From the NCBI GenBank assembly GCA_051294905.1, contig CM119378.1, positions 310,001-374,000 on the forward strand: a stretch of DNA of 64,000 nt. Reading direction: 5' to 3'. The stretch comes from Botryllus schlosseri. Lineage: Eukaryota. Position 1 is the first letter of the stretch; every line of letters begins with the position of its first letter. Shown one piece after another: positions 32,657 to 46,108 of this stretch. The position numbers and the translations under genes were made by a program. The notes beneath the pieces were generated by a model. It worked only from the letters and a program-made list of their open reading frames with translations. It made no database searches and was not told where the DNA came from.

Positions 32657-33056
32657 GTTACGACTGTGGATGAGAAATTTTCAGACTAACATTCCGACAG
32701 AAATTCAGAGCCATAACTATGAACTGTACGTAAATCGCGCGGTGCGCGAAAAAAAATCATTTGAGCTTAGGTTCGCCCCCCCCCCAAATGGGGCGTGTTC
32801 TCGCTGTTATTATTGTACTTATGGTTACTAGGTTATCTTGAATCAAGTGAATCGTTGGTTGTGAAAGAAAATTTTCGAATCCCTACATTGCATAAATTAG
32901 TATTTCTTCTGAATTTTCAGTTGGAATCGGATTAGGATTGGACATGGACTTGAATATGAAAAAGTTATGGATGAGGATTTGGATTTGGATTTGAAGGTTC
33001 GGATTTGGATTGGATTAGGACATAGAAATTTCAAATCCGCTCATCTCTGGAGGGAA

Positions 33057-33333
33057 GTCCGTCCTCAAGATTACCGGACCACAACCTGACCTATCGATCT
33101 CGTTTCCCATGACATGCCGCCCTATTTCTTGTCGCTGACTTTTTTAACTTCTTTACTCTCATTCAGTGTGCTGTGCCTGCCTCCTCTTTACATCGCCTAG
33201 GCCAAGGTGGGTGTCAGATTCCATAGCCAACTCCTAGTCGCTTCGACATCTTCCTGTCTTTTCATTGTATCGCATTTTTGTGTTGCATTGAACTGATAAC
33301 ATTGCTAATAAACCAATGATGATGATGATGATG
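33057..33333 (+). mobile_element. 5'-truncated LINE 3' UTR with AATAAA and (ATG)n tail
   Basis: Near-identical to minus-strand copies at 48978-49255, 50191-50533 and the copy attached to the RT remnant at 51558-54690. Confidence 0.8.
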
Positions 33334-34811
33334 GCCCCATGTCAAAGTATAGGGATCTTGGACTTAGACGTTAGACGGTCGTAGCGGTAATCCACAGCTG
33401 CAACACCTATGGGTTGTGGGTTCGAGTCCGACCGGGGACGACTCTACAATTCCTACCTAGGTGCAGTGGCGTAGCAGCCACCTGGCGGTTCTGGCTCTGC
33501 GCCAGGGGCGGCAGGCTCCAAGGGGGCGGCAAAATGAGGCTGCACAGTGCACACCAATTCTTTAATTATGTATTATAGTGGTCCCCACCGTAAATACTAT
33601 TTTATTCAAATCCAAATTTTTCGAAGGCAATAACTCCACTTCCACTGTTCGGAATTGAACAAAATTTGGTGAACATCGTTTCTATAGACAACCTAACACT
33701 TTCATGGGGTGAACAGAAAATTTTAAAAATTTTTGTTATTTCTTTTTATATAATGAATAGAAACTTTCTTCTCCTGTAGCAATGCGGCTACTGGTTGGAA
33801 TTGATCCAAAGTTGATGTGTTGGCTTAAATTAAGCAACCTAACAATTTTATCAAGTATAGCCAGTGCGATTTGAGAAAAAAAGTCATTTTTGAAGAGCCC
33901 TAGTGCACAGTGTACACTACACAGCCAAGCAGCGTAATTGGTAGTCCTATATAGCTGGCGTCCCGGGAGCTAAAATTTAATCAGACTGGTCTCAATCGAA
34001 AGCTAGTGTCGCGCTGATTTGGAATATGTTAACATGACAATGGAACCACTCCTAACAATCGGAACACAATGACCAATCGACCATGATAATGGAAATTACA
34101 TCGAGCGATTATTCGGAAAATTGCCGATTTTCAAACCAGGATTTAAATTGTATTTCCGGCATCAGGGCAACGATAGCTTTCGATTACGGATTAGGATTGA
34201 TCTATTTTCTGGGAGATTGAAATGTCGTGTGGCGATCAAACTTTATTCAGATCAGTTATTAATGTGCTTATGGTTACCAAGTTATCTTGAATCAAGTGAA
34301 TCGTTGGTTGTGAAAGAAAATTTTCGAATCCCTCCATTGCATTAATTAGTATTTTTTCTGAATTTCCAGTTGGAATCGGATTAGGATTGGACATGAATAT
34401 GAAAAAGTTATGGATTAGGACATAGAAATTTCAAATCCGCTCATCTCTGCTAGACGCCCCGTGAAGAAATTATCCGGATCGGACAAACGGTGTGGCCTCC
34501 AGAGCCGATCGAAGGTCGCTTTTTTCCGCCCTTTGACTGGACATACCTCGGCTTCGGATAATTTTTTTCTCCGATACTTTTCATTATCTTACTCTTTCAT
34601 TAGATTCTTGGTGTTTTCAGCATTTATTGCATCATAATAAACAATAGACAATATAACGTAGAGAAAGAAAAAAACTTGAGCGCTCGAAAATCACAGAGAG
34701 CGACCACAATGTGACGAACCAGAAAGGCCGTCGGTAGCGATACCGGTCCCAAACATAGCGTGCGCTCTCCAATCTCGCAAGTTTCAACGAACGGATCAAA
34801 CGTCGCAGATC

Positions 34812-37800
34812 TCAGTCTTGCATTTCTTCCGGCATATCATGAGGGTTGATAATTCCCGGCACGGAAAGCTGGATTTTTCGCTTGTCTTCCTGAGCGTTTT
34901 TCAACGATTGTTCGCGCTCCTCCAGAAAGAGATCGGACGTGTCTTGCCCGGAGAATTCCTGCAACAGAGCCATGCAAACGGAGTTAGACAGCTACAAAAT
35001 TTGCAGCTTTTCTAAACTACATTCGAATTAGAATGTCCAATAAGCTTGTAATTTGACTTAGTAAGAAATAGAACAAAAATCATTCTCACAAGCATAAGAA
35101 TGGAAAATGTCTGTGCGCGCCAGACTTGTTTCGCATGACGCAGTTCACCTGCAGCATTTTCAGCAAAACCAGACCTTACATTACAATTAGAGAGTCAAAA
35201 ATCGGTCAGCGTTGCCATTCAACTACATGTTACGAAGCTATTTCATGCTGTACCTATGACATCAATCGTAACTAACGAACACTTATCACTAAGGCGGATT
35301 TTTTTTGACATGTCAAAATTGTAGCGTTAGGTCAAAATTGTTCATAAAGTGACAAAATATTTTTAACGCTCGTATTTCGATTGTATCGTAGATTTTGCAC
35401 TTTTCATTTGATATTTTACAGCATGTAGCCTACTTTAGACATGGTGTTATGGTCGACGTACCGCAATATCCTAACTGAAGCAAAACTTCTTCGCCATTGC
35501 ATCATTCTTGTATTAAGAAGCGAATGATGAAAAATTGTGATGTAGACAACATTGTGAGAATGAAGAGACACGGTATGTCACCAGCAGCGTGAGCGCAACT
35601 TGAGTGTTGTCAGCCAAACACTGCTGCTGTTCAACGTCCTTGGCAAGCTTTTTAGTAAGGACAGGCACTTTCTACCCAACAATGTAGGAAAGCATCTCTC
35701 GTAGTACTGCAATTTTTTTAAAATTATTTCTACCACAGCCAGTTCCAACCAGAAATGAAGATAAGTGGTGCAATTTTAACATGATGTGGGAAAAAATCTA
35801 ATTTGCATATGATGTCAAAATTTGGGCAAAATTCAGTTTGTTTTGATCAAAAAAGTCAAACTTTGGATTTTTTTCTTTTTTAGGTAAAAAAAAACTGCCC
35901 TACTTATCACTATTTTCTACATCCAACTAATCGAAATTGTCACCCGAAAATATCTGGGTTTCTTTCAACATGAATGTATTGGCCGATTGCATATTGAATT
36001 CTCCATGAATCTCTTCAAGTAGTTTATGCATAAAAACATATCTAGTAGAAGAGAAAGTAGTTTGGTCACTTTGCGTATATACTGACGGTATACTCGATAC
36101 TTCAGAAAAGTACTTTGTGACTGAAACCATCTATGTTGGAATTTCAGCCCGAGTGACGCACCTTGATTTGAACCAGGAAATCTCGGAGATGATCTTTGAA
36201 CTGCGGGATGTCGTGGTTCAGACTGAACAATCCTTGCACGAAGAGTTTGATCTGAGCGCTGGAACAAAGATAAGCTTTTAACGAGAGCACTGTCGGCCAA
36301 AAATATTCGTGTTTATTTCAATATCAATATAGTATTACATTATATATTGCTGTACCTCCCAGAAGGTCTACGAATAGTTTTTATGAAATGACGGCCATCA
36401 GAGAAATAAGGACTTACTCTTGTAAATGCGGGAAGGCCGTCTTTAGAAGATTGGCGACGTATTCTTGAACGAAAACGACATTGTCTGTGGCGTCAGGATG
36501 AAGTGGCTCTTTCATTTTGCCCTGTTCGACCAGGCTGAACATGTACGCGAGTATCGTCGCATGCATTGTCAGTCCTGTCAATAAATTCACCCTGTTTAGT
36601 GCTTGCAATTAGGTCTGGGCAAAATCGAGTGCAAAGTGATGCGATTCTGAATCGGTAATCGAGTATCACTTCCATTCGACATTGAACAGTGAAAATGATA
36701 TGAAAAGATATATGCACCTTTCATGCGACCATAAAGAATAGAATGCCAGCGCTACATCACATTCAAGACAATTTGATTTATTTTCGATCATGTTTATGAC
36801 ATTGCACCAGGGTTGTAATGACTCGAGTCACGATTTTTTGATGACTTGACTCGAGTCATTTTCTCGAAATATTGAAATGACTCGACTCAAACTGTGTATT
36901 GACTCGACTTGGACTCGAGTCATAGCGCATGACTCAAACCCAAGTCATGACCCGAGACTTAAAACGGCCAAAACCGACAACATTGTAATTTTGAAGAACA
37001 GTAAAGTAACCACCCTATTGGGATTATGTCGATTGGTACTGGTACTTGAAAATCCGACCATTAACTGCTAAAAGTGACGAAAATTAGTTTATTATAAATG
37101 CGGACCATTCGATATCACGAAGCTGAGTTGTAAGAGTGGGTTCAACATGACTAACTGGAAACTCAGCAGTCAGCCAAATGATTTGGACTCGGAATCGAGT
37201 CATAATGGTGAATTGAAAATGACTCGAGTCAAAACCATAAAAGTGAGAATGACTTGTTACTCGGAGCTTTGTGACTTGACTACAACCCTGCATTGTCATG
37301 CAAGTCGACTTCACAGATCTATGGAATTTCCTATTAACGCGAGCAGCTTTGTACTACACGTTCGTATGCAGGGATACGACCAATCAAATATAGGCTGCCA
37401 CAGCGGACAATAGTGTTAATCAAGTATCAAAAGAACCAATTCTCACCGGCTGTGTGCGATGTGTCCGTGACCACGCTAAAAACGTGCTGTAATATATCCG
37501 TAAAATAGGTCTGAAAAAAACTTTGGGAAGCCTTTGTTTCCTGCGTAATGTTTTGCAGAAGTTGGTGGAGGATGTTCAAACCTGCAAAGAAGACAGCGTG
37601 ACGTCGCGACTCATTATTGGGCGTAGGTTTCTCACTTACCGGTGTCGGCAACATTCCTCATGGTGTGTTTGAAAGCCCAGATAATAGAATCTAAAACCAG
37701 CTTAAACTGCGCTGGCGGAATCGCCAGCAGGGCAGGGAAACAGTGATTGTTGACAGCCTGTGGGTACAGAAAGCAGGGTTAAAAAATAGACGAGGTCGGC

Positions 37801-40800
37801 GCTGCTACACCAGTAGAAGTGGCAATTTCAAAGTCACAAAATTAGTAGACCAAACATACCCCCTTGAATAAGTAGTTCAGTATACATTACATAATCGAGT
37901 ACTCATAACAAGTACAATTACTTTGCTATCGACCACCTCAGACAAGGAGAGAGGAAATGATCGCTTACTTGTAAAAGTAGGAAAAAATTAGTCCGGTATT
38001 CTGGAAATTCTTCAAAATCTTTATTGATCATTTCCAAAGTGCATTCGAAGACGGCGTCGAAAATCTGCGGGATCTCGCGCGTCAAATTGCCCTCGAGTTT
38101 GTGAACGATGGCGGCGATCGTGCTCAACACCTCAGGCTCCCGGGCGGCGGGTACGTTCGACCGATAGTCCATCAGGACGGCTTCCAACAGGGGAGGGACA
38201 AAGTTCTCGCTGACCTGTGAAAATAAGGTCTAGATTATGACAGAGGCTTGGAAAAATGAGGATGAATCAGACTTGATAGAAAGTACCGGATTTTCAAAAT
38301 GCAAAATTAGAACTACTATTTTCAAATCCGTTCAACTAGAACCACAAGAATAACCAGCAGTTAGTTGATGATCAGGTGACTAGAGCAAAGTTGTTGCAAG
38401 CCAGGATGAAATACCAACCATGTCCGGGTCATTGGAGCGCGCCACCCATCCCGAAATCAATTTCAACGTCTCTTTCTTGACCGTCCTCATGGTCTTGATG
38501 AGCGATTGTTTCATCACGCTCTCTCCTTGCTGCACGATGGCCGCGGAAATGTTCTCGCTCAGACACTTGTAAACGTTCAGCATGTCCAGGTAGATTCTTC
38601 CCAACTGTGTAGTAAAGCATGGAATGAACCGCTTATGAAGTTTAACTTAAACTGCATCGTGAAGCATTGAATTGAGTTCGAAAGCTGAATTTAAACTGTT
38701 GCATGGAATGGACTATAATGACTATTGAGTTCAACTCAAATTGTAAAACATGGAATCGAAGAGTCACGCTACATAATAAAGAATAGAATGAACTAATTAT
38801 CAAGTTAAACTTGAACTCTATTGCGAAGTATGGAGTAAACTAATCATTAATTAAATTAAATTTGAACTGCGCGGGATAAACTTGACTGTAGCGACAAGCA
38901 TGGAATTAGGTAATTCAGTTAATCTTGAACTGTATTGTAAATGAAAAGTATGGAACCGACTGATTATCAAATTGAATTCGAACTTTGTGGCAGAGCATGG
39001 ACTAAACTACTTAGGAAGTTGAACTGAAACTGTATTGAAAAAAATGGAATCTACTAATTTGGCCAAAGGCAAATTACCTGAAGCACAAAATAATGGCCGA
39101 CGCTTTTACACGCGCGGACGTTTGTCTTCAAAATACTCCCGAGCTGCTTGACAGTGGCCGGGTCCTTCAAAATGTCTACGTTTCGGGTTGCCTGCTGGAT
39201 GATGTTGTCCCAAACCTGCGCGACATTCACAATGCGGCACTGAAATAAGACGAGGGGCAAAATGTGACTCACCTGGTTGGGCAGGAGCATGTATTTCTCT
39301 ATGAGATGTTCCTGAACGTTTGCGTCTGTCTGGGCGCTGATCATGTAGCCGACAGCTTCGTAGAACGTGTGCACCTGAACATTAAATTACACCCGTCACA
39401 AGTGCACGGCATAATTTCGATGATATCGAGTCGATATCACACTGGAAATGACACGTCGTCGTATCCGCCGCTATTTCTTATACCTGTCAGGCAGAAGTGC
39501 TCACTTGGTCAAGTAATAGTGATTTCCAGGTAAGGAGTATAAAACCACTCAAGCAATTAATACATGTTGTAGGCGGAACCAATGCAAGTAGTAACATATT
39601 TTGCATTGGACGCACCTGTTGCGGTTGCAGATCGCATATAATAGTGCTGATGTTGTTCAGTATCTCCTCAATGAAAGGCATCACTTCTCCGGCCTGGATT
39701 TGGACAAAGTGCCTGCGACACTTCTGGGCGATTTTGATGAATGTGTCGCAAGCCATGTCTTGCACTCCATCATGTGTCTCTAAAAACCAACACAAATTTG
39801 TTACTTAGAATGTGAAAGAACTCTTAGAAAGCAACAACTACATGCAGACTTGCACAAACTACTAATCTAGTATGTTAGATCTAGTTCTAGTCGAGAGTTT
39901 CAAAAGCGAGTAATTCCAGTTGCACATTTTTAAGTGAGTAGTTCTCGGAGTTTCAAAAAGCGAATACTTCTAGCTCTAGTAGCAGATTTTGAAAATTCAG
40001 CATTTCTAGTTCTAGTTGCAGATTCGGAAAGCGAGTAATTCTAGTTCTCGTTGGAGTTTTAAAAATCGAGTAGCTCTAGTTGCAGATCATGAATAGGGAG
40101 TCTCACTACATACCGTGCATGAATTCGAACAGCTTGTTCACGACGGTCTTGAGGAAACGCCAGTGAGCGCGTAGGAACCGCGGATATTGCCCGACGACGT
40201 ACATGATGTTGGAAGCGATGATGGCTTTGTTGTCTTTGCCCCTCTTTTGCTCGCAAAGTCCCAAGAGGTCTGAAGTAAACTCGCTTGTTATGGTAGGGAC
40301 TCTCGAACTAGGAGTCTGCAAACTTGGACGCGCGTGAAATAACAATGCTGAAATACCCTTTAGGAACGTGACCAGAGTTACACGAGTATCAAATTCTCTG
40401 ATTTTCTAAACTAAATAAAAATGACCGAATTTTCAAAATAATGGAACTTGAATTTCAAATTAGAGAGAAACAACAAAAACCAAGTTCACTTTATATCAAT
40501 TGAAATTTCATTATCGTAATGAGAATGGCAGATGTCACTGTGTACTGTACAGTGGGGCTCTTCAAAAATGACTTTTTTTCTCAAATCGTACTGGCTACTT
40601 GATAAGATTGTTAGGTTACCTAATTTAAGCCTACACAACAACTTTGGTTCAATTCCAACCAGTGACCATTTTCAGTCACTGCGCAGCTATTTCGAAAAAT
40701 CAAGACTGGGCCACTAAATAAAGACATTTTTTTAGTTGCTGGCTTCTGAAATTTGAGGGAACAAGCGAACGGCAACAGAACTTGCAGTGGTTCAAGTGAG

Positions 40801-43800
40801 AAGTCTTTCAGTACATGCGTTATATAACAATTATGTAGATGAACGTTCACCTCTGATCACGGTCACAAGAAACCTCTTCTCATCTTCCTCATGCATGGCG
40901 CCACTGATGCTACCGATGGCCCAGCACAGAGTGTTCAAGTTTTTCCACGACCACTCGCTGCCGTTCACTTGGTTGTGCAATTTCTCCGTCATAATGCGTT
41001 CCGTGTCCATATAATCAAGATGAGTCAGGTACACTGAATGGAAAAAGATCTGAGTTGAACTAGGAAATTTCACTTTTCCAAATTGGAATAGGAGAAAAAT
41101 GATAGCTACACCTACGAAAAATTTCTAAATCATAACGAAATGCAACCAATATTGAGTTCACTTTGTATCAAACAAGTTCCAAATTTGATTGGAATTATAA
41201 TTAATGACTGAATGTGCGAAAAGTTGAATATTGAAGTAAATTTTGAATAAGAAAACTCAATTTCTGTTCATATCAAATTACTCTTGACCCTCATAGTCAT
41301 AAAAACGACAAATGTTCGCACAGGAAGCTTCGCTTTGCACGATACAGTTCCCTTGCGACACTTTTTGGAACACCAGAAGTTAGATTAGAATTTGCTCTCA
41401 TCAAGGTAATTAGACATCTGGTATTATCAAGCCTGATTAGGATACTGAAAAGGAGAGAGGAAACATCAACTTACCCAGCGTCTCTCTCATATTCTTATAA
41501 AGATTGATGGAGTCTGTGTCCTTCATGAACTCGCGAACCACTTCGCCTTGCTCATTCTCAACCACGAGCACTTCTTCTGGTTTTGCCATGCGACTGATCA
41601 TCACCAGACGAACCTAAACGACAACTACGTTGAGACGCGGAATCATTTCCCAACGCGAGTTAAGAATCAGGCAAGAAAAATTACGTTTGACTGCACAAAA
41701 ATCCTCTTGCTGTCAATATTTTGACCGAGGACAGAGTTTTCAAACAAGCGCCAAATCGAGGTGAATGGATGGGCCATAACTCGACAACGTAAGAGAATCT
41801 TGTGCGTCAACATTTTGATTAGCATAGACGGGCTTACACTCGAGAACGGCGACCAGACCGTAGTCGAATTCGGGGGTTAGGTCCGAGTCGAGGTGGTGGC
41901 TTTCCGACCTTAAAAAACACTTTACAAGCACAAAGAATTCTACCGAGTTAGGGGGGCGGGCACGTGAACGAGGTAGAACTCGCGAATAGGGCCGGGCAAG
42001 ATCGAGTACACAAGCGATTCGATTCTGAATCGAGTATTAAGGCTTCTGGTCGAGCCTCTGAGTATGACTCATTATAATGTCACACCAGCAGGAATGATGT
42101 GGAAAATTCAAATATCCACCTTTTATGCGGCCACAAAATATGCAATGACAGTTCTACATCACATTAAAGACTATTTAGCAGTTTTTTTATCATACCTATT
42201 TTGTTGCACTTTCTGACAATGCTGTGGGTTGATCGCGACTTCACAGATATATATGTCACTTCTAATACATGTTTCGTATGCTGCGATACGACCAATAGAG
42301 GTTTATAGTCTTCCCCAGTGGAAAATAGGATAGAAAGGATAAATTAACTCTTTAGTGCTCAAAAAATTCATCTCTCATTACTCGACTCTTCATTAAGTAG
42401 AATTAATACTCGATTCAGATTCGAGGACTCTAATCATTGTGCCCAACCCTACTCACAAAACAATATTCCTACAAACGTACCTTAGAAAGAAGGGGTTGGT
42501 AGATTTGCCTACGTAGCGGAGAATTCGACTCGATTAAAGGCACGGAGGAAGTTGCGGTGAAAGGGCTTTCGCGATAAAGATCGGCTGACAGTTGGTTCCA
42601 GTACTCCAGACATATTTTGAAGATTTCGGTTTCTTCCACTTCCGATATCAAGACAAGGTATTCGAGACCCTGCACACATGGAGTAAATAAGAACTGAAAC
42701 CACGTTGTGTGAACAGAGATAACCAACCTAAGTTAGATGCAAAATGCATAATTGCACGGTGCTGGCACCCAGATCATGGCAGAAATTGGCATTCCATTGG
42801 AGCGCCATACTAGGTCACTTAGAGACCCTTGAAGGTACAGAACTTTACAGCCATCATATTATATCAATACGAACATGACATACACCTTGTATCAGATTAG
42901 TGATGCGCATAGAATATGTCTTCAGAATAGGAAACCATTGAAGAGAAAACCTCTTCGATTTCACAGTAGGACAATCCAATGTTTTTGGTAAAATCATCAT
43001 GTACAAGGTTGGGTATAAATTGCAATGAGTAATCAACTAACAATTCATCACCAAGCAGTCAGTCAGTAGAAGAAAGTCTTAGATGTACAGAACTTCCCAG
43101 TATACGATTGGATAGTACATTGTTATTGAAATACCAGAGAATTCATAAGATCGTGGTATAATTGGTGATACAGATTGTTGATTTATGCTTTTTTTTTCAA
43201 TTCTTTACTGATATTCTATTCAATTCTATATACAGAAAATATTCCGGTATATTTCAATATGAATACAGTTTTCCATCCGTCATATTTATATGGTCAGTGT
43301 TTGAAACAATGCCAATCAATTTTTGATGGCGATTCCGGGTAGTTACATTGCCCTCATCAGATTATAATTTACATTTTCGGAATCAGAACGACAGTAGCTT
43401 CTGTTAAGACCACTTGACGATTTCATTATTTAACATTTGTTTACGAAGCTACCAGAAACTGCTGGCCCTCTCTGGCTGCCAAACGTGTTCTCATCTATCC
43501 GCAAATGAGTTATCTATAATGCGAGAGTCATCCTTACTGTGGATAGGAGTTGATGAAGATCTGATCTCTTCTCTATGAGAGCGACGTGCTCTTTGAAAAA
43601 TATGCAGAGGAACAAAGCAAGATTCTGGATGAAGTTCTGATCGTCGTTACTACCAGTCGCATATGCAGACTTCATGTTTATGGTGGCAGGCAACATCTGA
43701 AAAATGAAACGGTCATAAATACTGAATGCACATGGTAGGAAGATACCATACCTGTTTCAGTTGTGTCATTGTCAGAGAATAGAGTTTTGTGAATTCTTCT

Positions 43801-45904
43801 TCGTATTTTTGGACTTGTACGCCAGCTGTTGTTGTTCAAAATTGAGAATGGTTACTCTGTACGTCAGTGACATCGCAACACACTTACCAATTTCGGTCAA
43901 ACATTTGAGAGTAACATTCCTGAACATGGGCAGCCCCAAAAACTGCAAAGAAACAAAATGGGGTGAAAATAATGGTCAGTAATTTGGCAGCAAGACGGCA
44001 AACCTTATACACAAGCGTTGTGATGAGATCGGTCTCAAAGATGTATCCTAAAGGAATCCAATTCAAAAAGAGAAGCAGAGTGTTCAACGTAGCATTTACC
44101 AGTGGCGCGTTCTGGGAATTGCTCTGAAATGTGCAGTTATGTTAACAATAATACAATTGAAGAGGCTTGTGGAGATAGAGAGCTTCAATATACAAGTGAA
44201 TGATATACTCTTACCCTCGACAAGTGTCAATATTCGGTTCAATTCCAATACGAATTACGCAATACGCATACATTATTCAACAATACAATTCGATCCTTAT
44301 TATCGAGATCTCACCATAACAAATTGGCAAAGCTGGAAAACTTGGGCAAATTCGTTGCACATGCTATCCTTGAGATGTTTGGCCTTGGCTTGAGTCATTT
44401 GACCTTGCGAGAAGTCAAACACTTCCTCACTAAAACAAAAATTACGGTTGAGAAAAAAGCAACTCCAAATTTTATAATGAAATTCTCACCTCAGCAGCTT
44501 CAATATGACCATGTTGTTTTGACACAAGCTCTCGTTGGTTCTGCTCGCGCCTACTATGTCGCTGATAAATGTCGGCCAGTTTTTGGGCCAGTCTTGTTTC
44601 AGTATTTGAACCTGGAATAATCAATTGCAGGGGTGCGTGAAGACGACCAATAGGGCGCTTTCCACATTACTCAATAGCACAAAACTCACCAGAATCACGT
44701 TCAATTTTCCGAGATATGTCTTTTCTTTTTCCACAAGATTGGAATCTGAGGAAGTCTTGATGATCAAGGCGACGATATATTTCTTTATTCCTGAAATGTG
44801 GGATCCAATCATGCACGTGACAGTCGGATCAGCTACGAACAGACTTGTACAATGTACATCATGCCAACCTAGCTAGTTGACAATCATTAGTTAATTGTCG
44901 AGGAATTCCAGTTGCAGATTTTACAAAGTTGGTAGTTCAGTTCTAGTAGAGGATTTTAAAAGGCGACTAGTTCTAGTAGCGCATTTCAAAATATTTTAGT
45001 CGTACAATAACTAGAAAGTACACACATGTCGTCATTAGGTGTGTTCTGTTTTGTGATATCTTGCAGCTATTGCTACTACAAACAGAGTAGCCAGTCTTGG
45101 GTTTTGGAAACAACCCTGACTGATTGTATCTCTGATATTTCTTTGCTCATTTGCAATTCAGTAATTTGTGTTCCGTTATTAGTTAGTTAGTTGCAGACCT
45201 TTAGTTTGAACTGTTTCGAGTAGTTGTAGTTCCAATTGCGCATTTAGAAAAACCCAGCAGTCTGTACAATGTGCAAGTCTCTCTACAAAACTATACCTTC
45301 ACACTGATTCCTAGGAAGCACTTTCCAGCGCGTCTTGATCACATTCTCAAGGATTTGCAGCGCGTAGTACTGAAGGAATTCACAGTTAAATTGGCAACCT
45401 TGAGACGGTTCACAAAACCAATAACTCACCTTCGTCTGTTGGTTCTGAGAAAATTCGAGGATAGTGTCGACGCGCGTCCACGCGTCTGGGTGTTCCTTCA
45501 GTGCGGTTAATATTTCTTCCGCAATCCTTTGCTGCAGATATTAAACATATGACAGTTATCTTAGCACTCCGAACAATCTTTAGTTTAATGGTGTCGTAAT
45601 TGACAAGCCTTGTATCAGATTAGTGATGCGCATACTTAGAATGTCCTCAGAGGTTAGCAGTCATAATAGAGAAAACCTCCGACTACGACCGCAAGTAAGC
45701 CAACTCAAGTTATGAAATCATCACGCACGAGGCGGTCCAGTCATTGAGATAAATTTGGACACTTACCGGCTGTCCAGACCCGTCGTACATGACTCCAACC
45801 ACATTGTCCAATAGCTGGATGTCGAGTTTTTGTGAAAAATCGAGCAATTGCTGTCCGACTTGCTGAGTTACCGCCATGTTCGAGTTACTGGCGGGAGGTG
45901 TCAT
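34812..45904 (-). CDS. XPO1: Exportin-1 (CRM1), complete, 24 coding exons
   Basis: Exons 45767-45904, 45430-45531, 45297-45369, 44690-44790, 44490-44611, 44315-44429, 44004-44123, 43888-43942, 43752-43825, 43538-43696, 42481-42669, 41475-41613, 40851-41033, 40114-40269, 39616-39779, 39273-39374, 39078-39215, 38419-38604, 37969-38214, 37640-37757, 37447-37581, 36418-36574, 36162-36258, 34812-34958. Hallmarks [56 protein letters not shown] (leptomycin-reactive Cys retained), C-terminus [16 protein letters not shown]. Minus-strand AATAAA at 34623-34628. Confidence 0.97.
36808..37290. mobile_element. hAT-type MITE with gactcgagtc arrays in an XPO1 intron
   Basis: TIRs cagggttgta / tacaaccctg; flanks cattgcac / cattgtca. 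A related end begins at about 63723. Confidence 0.75.
38602..39050. repeat. Degenerate tandem repeat (about 50-60 bp) filling an XPO1 intron
   Basis: Recurrent aactg...aagcatggaat units; the first overlaps the splice acceptor at 38605. Confidence 0.7.
42884..43009 (-). ncRNA. Intronic box C/D snoRNA, copy A
   Basis: Terminal stem accttgta/tacaaggt, box C ATGATGA (42994-43000), box D CTGA (42892-42895), guide ATGCGCATCACTAAT; same strand as XPO1. Confidence 0.85.
45607..45733 (-). ncRNA. Intronic box C/D snoRNA, copy B (diverged body)
   Basis: Box C GTGATGA (45718-45724), box D CTGA (45615-45618), identical guide, imperfect terminal stem; ends about 75 nt upstream of the 3' splice site. Confidence 0.85.
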
Positions 45905-45982
45905 CTGTAACTTTCCCTGGTAAACAACAGCGTAGTTTCAAGTCACGGTCATCATATAATTTCACTGAGAACATGACGTAAG

Positions 45983-46108
45983 GCCTTGTATCAGATTAGT
46001 GATGCGCATAGAATATGTCTTCAGAATAGGAGATCATTGAAGAGAAAACCTCTTCGATTTCACAGTAAGACAATCCAATGTTTTTGGTAAAATCATCACA
46101 TACAAGGT
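45983..46108 (-). ncRNA. Intronic box C/D snoRNA, copy C (5' UTR intron)
   Basis: Stem ccttgta/tacaagg, box C GTGATGA (46093-46099), box D CTGA (45991-45994), identical guide; ends about 78 nt upstream of the acceptor at 45905. Confidence 0.87.

Noticed and set aside
34890..34905. Apparent frameshift in the last XPO1 exon
   Set aside because: The T run has five bases, which keeps the frame ([17 protein letters not shown]).
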